From Actinomycetota bacterium (GTDB lineage Bacteria > Actinomycetota > UBA4738 > HRBIN12), in assembly GCA_046724395.1 (NCBI GenBank), contig JBKOWM010000020.1:12-64011 (forward strand): a DNA stretch of 64,000 bases. Direction: 5' to 3'. The translations under genes and the position numbers were made by a program. This document shows, piece by piece, positions 9,081 through 19,313 of this stretch. The notes under the pieces are model-generated. The model saw only the letters and a program-made list of their open reading frames with translations, ran no database searches and was not told where the DNA came from. Numbering within the stretch: the first letter of the stretch is position 1; every line of letters starts with the position of its first letter.

Positions 9081-10241
9081 CTACGTCACGTACGTCACAG
9101 CCAGACCGGCGCCGGCGCCCGCGAGCACGACCCAGCCCGAGTTCGGTCGCCACCGAAGAAGGACGACGAGGGCGACGACCCCGAACAAGACCGTCGGAGC
9201 GTCCACGAACGCCGTGCGAGCCAGCTGCAGCGTCACGCCGGCCATCAGGCCGACGGCGCCGACGTTCACGCCGTCCAGCAGGTCTCCGGTCCATCTGGAG
9301 CGTCGCATCAGGCGGACGATGGGCTGGAGAAGCGCGACGAACACGAAACCCGGCAGGAAGATCCCGATCGTCGCCACAAGCGCGCCTGACACGCCGCCGA
9401 GGAGGTACCCGACGAACGTGGCCGTCGTGAAGACGGGACCGGGCGTGACCTGACCCACGGCGAGCGCATCGAGGACCTGCTGCTGCGTCAACCACCCGAG
9501 CCGGTCGACGAGATCCCCCTGCAGGAACGCGAACAGCACGTAGCCGCTGCCGTAGACGACGGCGCCGAGCTTGAGGAACTCCAGGAAGACCCGCCAGAGC
9601 GCAACCGACGTGGCTTCCGTGGCCGCGGCGAGCGGAAGCACACCGACCAGGAGTGGGAGCAGGGTCGGATGCTCGTCCGTGCGCGCGCGTCCCGCCGCCC
9701 GAGTGAGGGCGACGCCGATCCCGGCGCTCGCGAGCAGGAGCAGCTCGTTCAGGCCGACGAGGTAGAGGGCAAAGACGAGGATCCCCACGCCGACGAGTAG
9801 CCACGAGCGCTTGACCGCGGTGCGACCGAGCGTCAGCAGCGCGACGGCAACGATCGAGACTACGACCGGTCCGATGCCGTACAGCAGCGCCTGTCCCGCC
9901 GTCGTGGCTCCGTAGCGGACATATGCCCAGGCGAGCGCGAGCACGATCAGCATCGCCGGGACGATGAATGATGTCCCTGCCACGATGAGGCCCGGCCAGC
10001 CGGCGCGCAGCAATCCGACGTGGATTGCCATCTCCGTCGAGTTCGGACCGGGGATGAGATTCGTCGCGCCGAGGAGGTCGAGGAACCGCTCGTCGCTCAA
10101 CCAGCGCCGCCGCGTGACGACCTCGTCGTGCATCATCGCGATGTGCGCCGCGGGTCCCCCGAACGCGGTCGTACCCAGCCGAAGGAAAAGAGCCGCGAGC
10201 TCGCGCAGGCGGCGGCTCCGCTCCGCGCGATCGACATCCAC
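9081..10241 (-). CDS. chrA: chromate efflux transporter
   Basis: 'GTTAFGGPAAHIAMMHDEVV' ChrA signature; two homologous membrane halves. Confidence 0.85.
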   Translation of the reverse strand: MDVDRAERSRRLRELAALFLRLGTTAFGGPAAHIAMMHDEVVTRRRWLSDERFLDLLGATNLIPGPNSTEMAIHVGLLRAGWPGLIVAGTSFIVPAMLIVLALAWAYVRYGATTAGQALLYGIGPVVVSIVAVALLTLGRTAVKRSWLLVGVGILVFALYLVGLNELLLLASAGIGVALTRAAGRARTDEHPTLLPLLVGVLPLAAATEATSVALWRVFLEFLKLGAVVYGSGYVLFAFLQGDLVDRLGWLTQQQVLDALAVGQVTPGPVFTTATFVGYLLGGVSGALVATIGIFLPGFVFVALLQPIVRLMRRSRWTGDLLDGVNVGAVGLMAGVTLQLARTAFVDAPTVLFGVVALVVLLRWRPNSGWVVLAGAGAGLAVTYVT

Positions 10242-10323
10242 CGGGGAAGGCTACCCGCGGCTCTCCGCGCGGGAATAGCCTCGTTGTTGTACCGGGCGGA
10301 AACGACGACGCAGAGGTTCGTTC

Positions 10324-12381
10324 ATGGGTCACGATCATCACGCGCATCCGGGAGACGCTGTCGCGGCCGAGGAGCCGACGGTTCACGGCATCGAGCATGC
10401 CCCTCACGACAAGCACGCGGGCCACAGTGTCGCGATGTTCCGGGACCGGTTCTGGATCTGCCTTGGGCTGAGCCTGCCCGTGCTCCTATGGTCCGCCATG
10501 GTGCAGGACTGGTTCGGGTACACCGCGCCGAGCTTCCCACTGTCGGATCGGATCCCGGCCATCCTCGGAACGGTTGTGTTCGTCTACGGCGGCCGGCCGT
10601 TCCTCGAGGGCGCCGCCCGCGAGGTCCGCGACGGACTCCCCGGCATGATGCTCCTCATCTCGCTCGCGATCGTTGTCGCGTTCGCGGCGAGCCTGGCCTC
10701 CGAGTTCGACCTGCTCGATCTCCAGTTCTGGTGGGAACTCGCGCTCCTGATCGATGTAATGCTGCTCGGCCACTGGATGGAGATGAAGGCGCTCGGCCAG
10801 GCCTCGGGCGCGCTCGACGCCCTGGCTGCCCTCTTGCCCGATCAGGCCGACGTCCTCCACGGCGAACACGTCCAAATCGTTCCGGTCTCGCGGCTTCGCC
10901 CGGGCGACACGGTTCTGGTGCGACCGGGGGCGCGCGTGCCCGCCGACGGGACGATCACGATCGGCGACGCCGAGTTCGACGAGTCGACCATCACGGGGGA
11001 ATCGCGGCCCGTCCTGCGCCGCGTCGGCGATCGCGTCGTCGCCGGAACCGTCGCGACGGACGACGCCGTTCGCGTCCGCGTGGACGCCGTGGGGGAGGAC
11101 ACGGCGCTGGCCGGAATCAAGCGGCTGGTTCGGTCGGCGCAGGAGTCGCGGTCGCGCGCGCAGGCGCTGGCCGACCGCGCCGCCGCAGTCCTGTTCTATG
11201 TCGCCGTGGGCGTCGGCGTCGTCACGTTTGTGGTGTGGGCGGCGATCGGCGACGTGGGAGACGCCGTCGAACGAAGCGTGACGGTCCTCGTCATCTCGTG
11301 TCCGCACGCGCTGGGCCTGGCGATCCCGCTCGTCATCTCGATCTCGACGTCGATGGCGGCGCAGTCCGGCATCCTGATCAAGGACCGGCTCGCGCTCGAG
11401 CGGATGCGTACCGTCGACAGGGTGTTGTGGGACAAGACCGGCACCCTGACGAAGGGAATGCCGGGCGTCCGAGACGTCACAGGCGTCGAGACGTCCGAAG
11501 CCGACGTGCTCCGACTCGCGGCTGCCGTGGAGGCAAGCAGCGAGCATCCGCTCGGCCGCGCCGTGGTTGCCGCCGGCCGAGACCGAGGTGGCGTTCCCGT
11601 CGCCACCGACTTCCGATCGATGCCCGGCCGCGGCGTCGCCGCAACGGTCGACGGGTCGGTGGTCGACGTAGGTGGACCGGCGCTGCTGCGCGAGCGGGGC
11701 CTGGCCGAACCCCAAGAGATCGTCGACCGGGTTGGCGACTGGCGCCGCCGAGGCGCCACCGTGCTGTTCGTCGTGTGCGACGGGCGGATCGTCGGCGCGA
11801 TCGAGGCCGAGGACGAGCTCCGTCCCGAATCGATGCAGGCAATTCGTGTCCTTCGAGCCGAGGGCGTCGAGTCCGTGATGATCACCGGCGATGCGCAGGA
11901 CGTCGCCCGCGCCGTCGCGCAGGAGCTCGGCGTCGACCAGGTCGTCGCCGAGGTTCTTCCGCAGGACAAGGCGCGGAAGGTCACGGAGTTCCAGCCCGCC
12001 GGGCGGCGCGTCGCGATGGTCGGCGATGGCGTGAACGACGCCCCCGCGCTCGCTCAGGCGGACGTCGGCATCGCGATCGGCGCGGGCACCGACGTCGCGA
12101 TCGAGTCGGCCGGCGTCGTCATCATGAGCGACGACCCCAGAGCCGTCGTCGCCGTCCGCCGCCTGTCGGTCGCAAGCTACCGGAAGATGCAGCAGAACCT
12201 GGCGTGGGCGGTCGGGTACAACGTCGCCGCGATCCCGCTCGCGGCCGGAGTCTTCGCGTGGGCGGGCGTGCTCCTGCCGCCCGCCGTGGGTGCGCTCGCG
12301 ATGAGCGCCTCCACCGTCGTCGTCGCCGTGAACGCACTCCTCCTGCGGCGCACCGACCTCCACCCCGAGGTCGTTTCGTGA
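10324..12381 (+). CDS. heavy-metal P1B-type ATPase (CopB-like, CPH motif, His-rich N-terminus)
   Basis: 'DKTGTLT', 'GDGVNDAPAL', 'ITGD', TM6 'SCPHALGLA', N-terminal 'MGHDHHAHPGD'. Confidence 0.9.
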   Translation: MGHDHHAHPGDAVAAEEPTVHGIEHAPHDKHAGHSVAMFRDRFWICLGLSLPVLLWSAMVQDWFGYTAPSFPLSDRIPAILGTVVFVYGGRPFLEGAAREVRDGLPGMMLLISLAIVVAFAASLASEFDLLDLQFWWELALLIDVMLLGHWMEMKALGQASGALDALAALLPDQADVLHGEHVQIVPVSRLRPGDTVLVRPGARVPADGTITIGDAEFDESTITGESRPVLRRVGDRVVAGTVATDDAVRVRVDAVGEDTALAGIKRLVRSAQESRSRAQALADRAAAVLFYVAVGVGVVTFVVWAAIGDVGDAVERSVTVLVISCPHALGLAIPLVISISTSMAAQSGILIKDRLALERMRTVDRVLWDKTGTLTKGMPGVRDVTGVETSEADVLRLAAAVEASSEHPLGRAVVAAGRDRGGVPVATDFRSMPGRGVAATVDGSVVDVGGPALLRERGLAEPQEIVDRVGDWRRRGATVLFVVCDGRIVGAIEAEDELRPESMQAIRVLRAEGVESVMITGDAQDVARAVAQELGVDQVVAEVLPQDKARKVTEFQPAGRRVAMVGDGVNDAPALAQADVGIAIGAGTDVAIESAGVVIMSDDPRAVVAVRRLSVASYRKMQQNLAWAVGYNVAAIPLAAGVFAWAGVLLPPAVGALAMSASTVVVAVNALLLRRTDLHPEVVS

Positions 12382-12459
12382 CGCGCCGTGCGCCCGCTGT
12401 CGGACGACGGCCGGACAGCACGGTGACCGTGGGGACCACTCGGCTAGGCTCTGCGCGCG

Positions 12460-13806
12460 ATGGGCCTCGCGCTTCACACGGACCTGTACGAGCTCAATAT
12501 GGCGGCGAGCTACCTGCGTCGCGGTATGAATCGGCCAGCGACATTCAGCCTCTTCGTCCGCGAATTGCCCCCGACGCGCGGATTCCTCGTGGTCGCCGGT
12601 CTCGAGGCGTGTCTGGATTTCCTCGAGGGGTTCGCCTTCGATGACGAGGACCTCGCGTACCTTCGCGACACGCTCGGATTTCCACAGGACGCGATCGAAA
12701 GCTTCGAGCGGCTGAGGTTTACGGGGGACGTCTGGGCCGTTCCCGAGGGCCGCATCGTCTTCGCCGACGAGCCGCTGGTGGAGGTCACGGCGCCAATCGC
12801 GGTCGCGCAACTCGTCGAGACCTATCTGCTGAACGTCATCACGTTCCAGACGACGATCGCCTCGAAAGCTGCTCGATGCCGGATTGCAGCGCGCGACCGG
12901 CAACTAGTCGACTTCGCGTTCCGCCGGACGCAGGGGGCCGATGCCGCGATGGCCGTCGCGCGGGCGACGGCGATGGTCGGGTTCGCCGCCACCAGCAACG
13001 TGGAGGCCGCGCGCCGGCTCGGGTTACGCGTGAGCGGGACGATGGCGCACTCGTACGTCGAGTCGTTCCCGTCCGAGACCGAGGCGTTCCGTGCCTTCGC
13101 GCAGGACTTTCCGGACCGGACGACGTTCCTCGTTGACACATACGACACGCCGAACGGCGTCCGCACGGCCATCGAGGTGATCCGCGAGCTCGGACTGCGC
13201 GAGAACCTGGCGGTGCGCATCGACAGTGGCGACCTGGACGCGCTCTCACGGCAGGCGCGCCGGATCCTAGACGAGGCCGGACTGGCGCACGTGCGGATCT
13301 TCGGCAGCGGCGGCCTGGACGAACTGGACGTCGACGGGCTGGTGAGCGCGGGGGCGCCGATCGATGCGTTCGGGGTCGGAACTCGCGTCGGCGTCTCGGC
13401 CGACGCGCCGTACCTCGACTCGGTCTACAAGCTCGTCGAGTTCGACGACCGGCCGGTGCTGAAGTTGTCGGCGAACAAGGCGACCGAGCCCGGACGCAAG
13501 CAGGTCTTCCGCGGCTCCGAGCGCGACGTGCTCGGGCTCCGCGACGAGCCGGTGCCGCCGCGCGCCGAGCCGATGCTCGTCCCGGTGATGCGCGGCGGCC
13601 GACGAACGGGGCCGATACGAGGCCTCGATGTGGCACGCCGGCTCTTCGAGGCCGATCTCGTTCGACTGCCCGAGGAGGCGCGTCGTCTGCGCGACCCCGT
13701 CGCTCCGCGACCGGCGCCGTCCGAGGAGCTGCGGCGCCTCACCGACGCGACGCGCGCCGATGCTCTACGTCGCGCAGGGGTCCCGTCGGAGTCGCGAGAA
13801 CCTTAG
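12460..13806 (+). CDS. pncB: nicotinate phosphoribosyltransferase
   Basis: N-terminal 'LHTDLYELNMAASY' and overall NAPRTase pattern. Confidence 0.85.
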   Translation: MGLALHTDLYELNMAASYLRRGMNRPATFSLFVRELPPTRGFLVVAGLEACLDFLEGFAFDDEDLAYLRDTLGFPQDAIESFERLRFTGDVWAVPEGRIVFADEPLVEVTAPIAVAQLVETYLLNVITFQTTIASKAARCRIAARDRQLVDFAFRRTQGADAAMAVARATAMVGFAATSNVEAARRLGLRVSGTMAHSYVESFPSETEAFRAFAQDFPDRTTFLVDTYDTPNGVRTAIEVIRELGLRENLAVRIDSGDLDALSRQARRILDEAGLAHVRIFGSGGLDELDVDGLVSAGAPIDAFGVGTRVGVSADAPYLDSVYKLVEFDDRPVLKLSANKATEPGRKQVFRGSERDVLGLRDEPVPPRAEPMLVPVMRGGRRTGPIRGLDVARRLFEADLVRLPEEARRLRDPVAPRPAPSEELRRLTDATRADALRRAGVPSESREP

Positions 13807-13819
13807 CGAAGCCGACTCG

Positions 13820-14602
13820 TCACGCGATGAGAAGACCGCGGCGTGCCCGCACGCGCCGGTCGACGAGCGCGAACAACCAGTCGATCCCCACGCCGACGAT
13901 CATGATGGCGATGATCGTCGCGATCATCAGCGACGTGTCGAGCTCGGCGAGGGCCCGGAAGTTGAGGTGCCCCAGACCGCGGGCGCCGGTCTGCAGGACC
14001 TCAGCCGCGAGCAGCGCGCGCCACGCGATGGCCCACGCTTGCTGCAGACCCGCGACATAGCCGGGCACCGCCGCCGGGAGCACCACACGCGAGTAGAGCC
14101 GCCATCCGTTCGCGCCGAGCGTACGCCCCGTACGAACGTACGACGGCGCGACCAAGCGCAAGCTCGACGCGGTCGCGATCGCAACCGCGGGAAACGCGCC
14201 GACGATCACGACGAACACGACTGCCTTCTCCGTGAAGCCGAGCCAGATGATCGCAAGCGGCAGCCAGGCGATGGGCGGGATCGCCTGGAGTCCCACGACG
14301 ACGCTGCCGACGCTCCGCTGCACGATCCGCGAGCCCGCCATGGCCATCCCGATCGGCGTGCCGAGGACGACGGCGACGCTGAGCCCGACGAACAGCCGGA
14401 ACAGGCTCCGCTCCGCCGCCACCAAGAGGCCTTGGGGGCCGGTGAGGTGCGTCGTGAAGGCGGTCCACACCTCCGCGGGGGACGGAAGCATCAGCGAGCT
14501 CCAGTACCCCGTCGCCGCGACCGCCGCCCAGACGACGAGAATCAGCGCGACGATGGCGATCCTAGGCCAGATCTGCTCCAGTGCCGCCCTCGGTCGCCGC
14601 AT
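13820..14602 (-). CDS. ABC transporter permease (NitT/TauT/SsuC family)
   Basis: Six TM segments and the EAA-like loop 'LRLVAPSYVRTGRTLGANGWRLYSRVVLPAAVP'. Confidence 0.8.
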   Translation of the reverse strand: MRRPRAALEQIWPRIAIVALILVVWAAVAATGYWSSLMLPSPAEVWTAFTTHLTGPQGLLVAAERSLFRLFVGLSVAVVLGTPIGMAMAGSRIVQRSVGSVVVGLQAIPPIAWLPLAIIWLGFTEKAVVFVVIVGAFPAVAIATASSLRLVAPSYVRTGRTLGANGWRLYSRVVLPAAVPGYVAGLQQAWAIAWRALLAAEVLQTGARGLGHLNFRALAELDTSLMIATIIAIMIVGVGIDWLFALVDRRVRARRGLLIA

Positions 14603-15404
14603 CCCGTCTCACCTCCCCCAGGACCTGATCGTGGACGTCCGCGACCACCTTGGCGAGCAGCGCGTCGTCGAGCTCGCGCGGCCGCAGCGAGGAGATGCGA
14701 TGCTCGGCGACGAGCGTGCCCGGCCTGGCCGACATCAGGATCACCCGGTCGGCAAGGAAGACGGCCTCTCCCACGTTGTGGGTGACGAACACGAATGTGT
14801 TGCGCGTCTCGAGCCACACCGTCTGGAGCTCGCGCTGCAGGATCTCGCGCGCCTGGGCATCGAGGGCCCCGAACGGCTCGTCGGCGAGCAAGACGCTCGG
14901 TTGGCACGCCAGTGCGCGCGCGAGCGCGGCGCGCTGCAGCATCCCCGGCGATAGCTCGTGGGGCTGCGCATTTGCGAAACGGGCGAGATGCACCTTGTCC
15001 AGCCACTCGGTCGCTGCGTCGCGGCGATGCGCCTTCGGCGTGCCGGAAAGCTCGAGCGCAAACTCGACGTTGCGAAGCACGCTCATCCACGGGAACAGCG
15101 ATGGCTCCTGGAAAAGGACGGCTCGGTCGGGCCCGGGCGTTCTCACCGGGCTACCGTCGACGAGGACCTCGCCGGAGTCGGGCCGGTCAAGACCCGCGAT
15201 CAGATTCAGCAGAGTCGACTTCCCGCACCCCGACGGCCCGATCAAGCACACGAACTCGCCCTGCGCGATGTCGACCGAGACGTCGGTGACCGCGTCGACT
15301 TTGTCGCCGCTGCGCTGGACGTAGGATTTCCCCACCCTGCGCAGCGAGACCTTGGCCGGTTCCGGCTGCGGGCCGGCCTCGGACACGACTCGCAGCGTGC
15401 GCAC
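14562..15404 (-). CDS. ABC transporter ATP-binding protein (SsuB/TauB-like)
   Basis: Walker A 'GPSGCGKST', signature 'LSPGMLQRAALARAL', Walker B 'LLADEPFGALD'. Confidence 0.85.
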   Translation of the reverse strand: MRTLRVVSEAGPQPEPAKVSLRRVGKSYVQRSGDKVDAVTDVSVDIAQGEFVCLIGPSGCGKSTLLNLIAGLDRPDSGEVLVDGSPVRTPGPDRAVLFQEPSLFPWMSVLRNVEFALELSGTPKAHRRDAATEWLDKVHLARFANAQPHELSPGMLQRAALARALACQPSVLLADEPFGALDAQAREILQRELQTVWLETRNTFVFVTHNVGEAVFLADRVILMSARPGTLVAEHRISSLRPRELDDALLAKVVADVHDQVLGEVRRDAATEGGTGADLA

Positions 15405-15405
15405 C

Positions 15406-16464
15406 TCAGCTCACCTCGCCGCTCGGGTCGGGAACGCGGGGAAGGCCGTCATGGTCGAGGACGGCATTGAGCGCGTCAAGACGGTAGACGCCGAGGACGC
15501 CGGTCGGCGGGCCCGGAGTCAGCCCGAGCGCGTACGCCTCCTCACTGAGCCGCACCATCGACGACGGCACGACCGTCCACGTGAAGGTGATGCGATCCCA
15601 CGCCGCAGCGAGCACGTCTGCCGGCATCGAGGCGACGCCGTCGGCGACGAGCTGGCGCGAGGCGATCGCCATCGCACGCGACGGGTCGTCCCGCATGAAC
15701 CGGATCGTCTCCACGTGGGCCTCGAGCAGCCTTCTGATGACGTCGGGGTGCGCACGCATATAGATGGTGGAGACGAGCAACCCCGCCGTCGCGTACCGAC
15801 CGTCCGGCCACAGGCTCGCCTCGTCGACGAAGCGGCGCGCGACGCCCTCCTCGACAAGAGACGTCGGGTACGGCTCGGGGGCCCACGCCGCGTCGATCCT
15901 GCCGAGGCTGAACAGCCGGAGAAGCTCGCGAGGGTCGGCGGTGACGATCGACACGTCGCCGCCCTCGTCGGTGGCCGCGAGCCCGTGCGCGTGGAGCCAC
16001 GTTCGAAGCACGACGTCCTGCGAGTTCGCAAGGTTTGGCACCGCGACCCGGGCGCCGTGAAGGTCGCGCGGCGCACCGATGCCCGACGCCGTTCGCACCA
16101 CCATCGATGCCCCGCCGACCGCGGCTCCCGCTACGAGGGCGACGTCACCCGAGCGCAGAAAGAGCGACGCCGCGGGCCATGACCCGATGTAGGCGGCGTC
16201 GAGCGAGCCCGAGATCATCGCGATGCTGGCCTCGGTTCCGGAGTCCATGACGCTCGTGCGGATCCGGGTATCGCCGAGGTCCCGCTGGAAGATGCCCGAC
16301 CCCAGCCCGACGTGCGCTACCGCCTGGGTCAGCGTCGGCAATACGCCCAGACGCAGCACCTCGTCGCTCCCCTGCGCCCGCTCCTTCGAACTCGCACATG
16401 CGGCGGCGGACACCACGACGAGGACGAGCCCGGCGAGCCCGCGCCGCGGCGTGGAGAGCCGCAT
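15406..16464 (-). CDS. ABC substrate-binding lipoprotein (NMT1/SsuA-like, sulfonate/nitrate family)
   Basis: Signal peptide plus lipobox 'VVSAAACASS'. ATG 16464 overlaps the cysA stop (TGATG). The six-frame ORF 15406..17592 is a read-through artefact. Confidence 0.75.
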   Translation of the reverse strand: MRLSTPRRGLAGLVLVVVSAAACASSKERAQGSDEVLRLGVLPTLTQAVAHVGLGSGIFQRDLGDTRIRTSVMDSGTEASIAMISGSLDAAYIGSWPAASLFLRSGDVALVAGAAVGGASMVVRTASGIGAPRDLHGARVAVPNLANSQDVVLRTWLHAHGLAATDEGGDVSIVTADPRELLRLFSLGRIDAAWAPEPYPTSLVEEGVARRFVDEASLWPDGRYATAGLLVSTIYMRAHPDVIRRLLEAHVETIRFMRDDPSRAMAIASRQLVADGVASMPADVLAAAWDRITFTWTVVPSSMVRLSEEAYALGLTPGPPTGVLGVYRLDALNAVLDHDGLPRVPDPSGEVS

Positions 16465-17570
16465 CAGGCGGCGGGTGACCCCATCGGCTCGGCGGACACG
16501 TCGACGACGGCGGGCGCGTCGAATGCCTTCGCCCGGCGGAGGTCGACCCAAACCGTCGAGCCCTCGGTCACGCCGGTCAGCTCGTCGCGCGGCAGCTCGG
16601 CTAGGACGACGTGACCGTCGGGCAGTCGCAGATTGGCACGCGACAGCCACCCGAGCGTAACGAGCCGCTCGACGACCGCCGGAACCGACCCGCCGTTGCG
16701 GTCGACGGTCGAGATCCGAACATCGTGCGGCCGGACGAACGCGCGTGCCGGCGCCCCGTCGTCGAGATGGTCGGCGCCCGCCACGCGGTGATCGCCGAAC
16801 TGCACGTGCCCGGCGACGACGCGGCCCTGCAAGACGTTCGACGACCCGACGAACCCGGCGACGAAGGCCGACGCCGGCTCGTTGTAGATCTCGTCGGGCG
16901 TTCCGATCTGCTCCACGCGCCCCTCGTGCATCACGACGATCCGATTCGCGAGCTCGAGCGCCTCGTCCTGGTCGTGCGTCACGAGCAGGCTCGTGACTCC
17001 GATCTCGCGATGCAGCTCGTCCAACCACCGCCGCAGGTCCTGGCGGACCTTCGCGTCGAGCGCGCCGAACGGCTCGTCGAGCAGCAGCACCTTCGGGCGC
17101 GGCGCGAGCGCGCGGGCGAGCGCGACCCGCTGTCGTTGCCCTCCGGACAGCTGATCGGGATACCGGTCCCGGAACCCGGTCAGGTGGACGAGCTCGAGGA
17201 GCTCGTCGATGCGCGCGCGGCGGTCGGCCTTCGGCACCTTGCGGACGGACAGGCCGAAGGCGATGTTCTGCGAGACCGTCATGTGGCGGAACAGCGCGTA
17301 GTGCTGGAACACGAACCCAACGCGCCGCTCCTGAACCGCCTTGAAGGTGTGCTCCTCGCCCTCCATCCAGATTCGGCCCGCGGTCGGCTCCTCCAGGCCA
17401 GCGATCACTCGCAGGACGGTGCTCTTGCCCGAGCCGCTCGGCCCGAGCAGCGCCGTGATCGCGCCTCCCTCGGCCGTGAAGGTCACGTCTCGGACGGCCT
17501 CGAACGAACCGAACCGCTTCGAGAGGCCTTCGACCCGGATAGGCGTTCCCTGCATCGTCGAGTCGGTCAT
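16464..17570 (-). CDS. cysA: sulfate/thiosulfate ABC transporter ATP-binding protein
   Basis: Walker A 'GPSGSGKST', 'LSGGQRQRVALARAL', 'LLLDEPFGALD', plus a C-terminal TOBE-like domain. Confidence 0.85.
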   Translation of the reverse strand: MTDSTMQGTPIRVEGLSKRFGSFEAVRDVTFTAEGGAITALLGPSGSGKSTVLRVIAGLEEPTAGRIWMEGEEHTFKAVQERRVGFVFQHYALFRHMTVSQNIAFGLSVRKVPKADRRARIDELLELVHLTGFRDRYPDQLSGGQRQRVALARALAPRPKVLLLDEPFGALDAKVRQDLRRWLDELHREIGVTSLLVTHDQDEALELANRIVVMHEGRVEQIGTPDEIYNEPASAFVAGFVGSSNVLQGRVVAGHVQFGDHRVAGADHLDDGAPARAFVRPHDVRISTVDRNGGSVPAVVERLVTLGWLSRANLRLPDGHVVLAELPRDELTGVTEGSTVWVDLRRAKAFDAPAVVDVSAEPMGSPAA

Positions 17571-18425
17571 CTGTGCAGCTCCTTCTCCTCACGTCGCTTG
17601 AAGATCTCGATCCCGGCGAGCAAGGCGATCGAGACGAACGCGAGCGTCAGCGCCACGACATAGCCGTTCGCGTCCTTGTACTGCTCGAAGTACCGCAGCA
17701 CGACGAGCGTCGCCGTCTCCGTCTGACCGGTGATCTGACCGCTGACGATGAGCACCGCGCCGATCTCGCCCAGCGCCCGGGCCGTCGACAGCGCGATGCC
17801 GTACAGGAGTCCCCACCGGATGTTCTTGAGCGTGACCCGGAAGAACGTCTGCAGCGAGGACGCTCCGAGCGTCCGCGCCGCCTCCTCCTCGGACGTGCCG
17901 AGCTCCTGCAGGACGGGCGCGACCTCGCGCACCACGAAGGGGATGCAGATGAAGATCGTCACGAGGACCATCGACGGGACCGAGAAGATGATCTGGATGC
18001 CTCGGGCCGCGAACCACGGCTCGAACCACCCCTCGCGCCCGAACAGAACCACGCACATCAGCCCGACGATCACGGGCGACACGGCGAGCGGCAGGTCGAC
18101 GAACGCGCTGAGCACGCGCTTGCCCGGGAACCGGTCGCGCGTCAGCACCAAGGCAACGATCACACCGAACACAGCCGTCACGACGACCGTGATCGCGGTG
18201 ATCACGGTCGTCAGGTAGAACGCGTGCTGGACGTCCGCCGCCGCGAACGTCTCGCGGGCGGTCGACCAACCGGCCTTGAGACCCGCCCACGCGATGCCCG
18301 CGAGCGGCGCGAGCACGAGGATCGCGACGTAGCCCAGCGCGAGGAACGTGAAGCCGCCGTGGACCAGCCGGCGCCGCGTCGCGGCCGACAGACGGGATCT
18401 CTCCTCCGGAAGCGCGCGGGCGCTC
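17567..18425 (-). CDS. cysW: sulfate ABC transporter permease
   Basis: Permease fold and EAA motif 'EEAARTLGASSLQTFFRVTLKNIRWGL'. ATG 18425; ATGA overlaps on both sides. Confidence 0.85.
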
Positions 18426-19311
18426 ATGGCTGCTCCCACCCGTGGCGGCTGCCGAGCAGTCGCTCGGTCACCATCACCAGGACGAACGACAACGCGAACA
18501 GCAATGTCGAGACGGCGGCCGCCTGCGCCGGGTTCACCTGGATGAGCTGCGAGATCAAGACCGAGGCCATGAGCGTCTTGTTCGGCAGGTTGCCGGAGAC
18601 GATCACGACCGCACCGAACTCCCCGAGCGCGCGGGCGAACGCCAGCAGGCCTCCGGCGACGATCCCCGGCCGGATCGCCGGAAACACGACGGAGCGGAAG
18701 GTCGCCCACCGTGACGCGCCGAGGACGCGCGCGGCCTCCTCCTCCGCCTCGTCGAGCTCCTGCAGCACCGGCTGCACCGTCCGAACGACGAGCGGCAGCG
18801 TCACGAACAACAGGGCAAGCAGGATGCCGACCTGGGCGAACACGACGTGGACGCCGTGGCGAAGCAGGAACGCGCCGATGGGCGCGTTGGGACCGTACAG
18901 GGCGACGAGCATGACCCCGGTGACGAGCGTCGGGATCGCGAACGGCAGATCGACGATCGTCGAGACGGCCCTGCGTCCGGGAAACCGGTAGCGAACGATC
19001 ACGTACGCGAGGAGCGTGCCGAACACGACGTTGATGACGGCCGTGGCGGTCGCCATCACGACCGTGAGCACGAGCGCCTGCTGCGCGCCGAAGGCGTTCA
19101 GCGCGTCTTTCAGGTCCGTGAGCCCGTTCTCGAAGCCCTTGGTGACGACGGCGAAGGCGGGCACCGCCACCATGAGGCCGAGGTACAGGATCGCCGTCCC
19201 GCGAAGCGCCCACCGGGCGCCGGCTCTGCGCGCGACGACGCCCGCCGGAGGACCGGCCGCGCCGCCGCCGGCACGCCGGACCTCGGGCGATTCGACCGTC
19301 GTCGCGCTCAT
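18424..19311 (-). CDS. cysT: sulfate ABC transporter permease
   Basis: '[27 protein letters not shown]' EAA motif; ATG 19311. Confidence 0.85.
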   Translation of the reverse strand: MSATTVESPEVRRAGGGAAGPPAGVVARRAGARWALRGTAILYLGLMVAVPAFAVVTKGFENGLTDLKDALNAFGAQQALVLTVVMATATAVINVVFGTLLAYVIVRYRFPGRRAVSTIVDLPFAIPTLVTGVMLVALYGPNAPIGAFLLRHGVHVVFAQVGILLALLFVTLPLVVRTVQPVLQELDEAEEEAARVLGASRWATFRSVVFPAIRPGIVAGGLLAFARALGEFGAVVIVSGNLPNKTLMASVLISQLIQVNPAQAAAVSTLLFALSFVLVMVTERLLGSRHGWEQP

Positions 19312-19313
19312 GG

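Noticed and set aside
10020-12903. Very long ORFs (874 aa on +, 805 aa on -) overlapping the P-type ATPase gene
   Set aside because: Arg/Pro/Gly-rich low-complexity translations typical of off-frame or antisense reading of high-GC coding DNA. The ATPase frame carries all the catalytic motifs.
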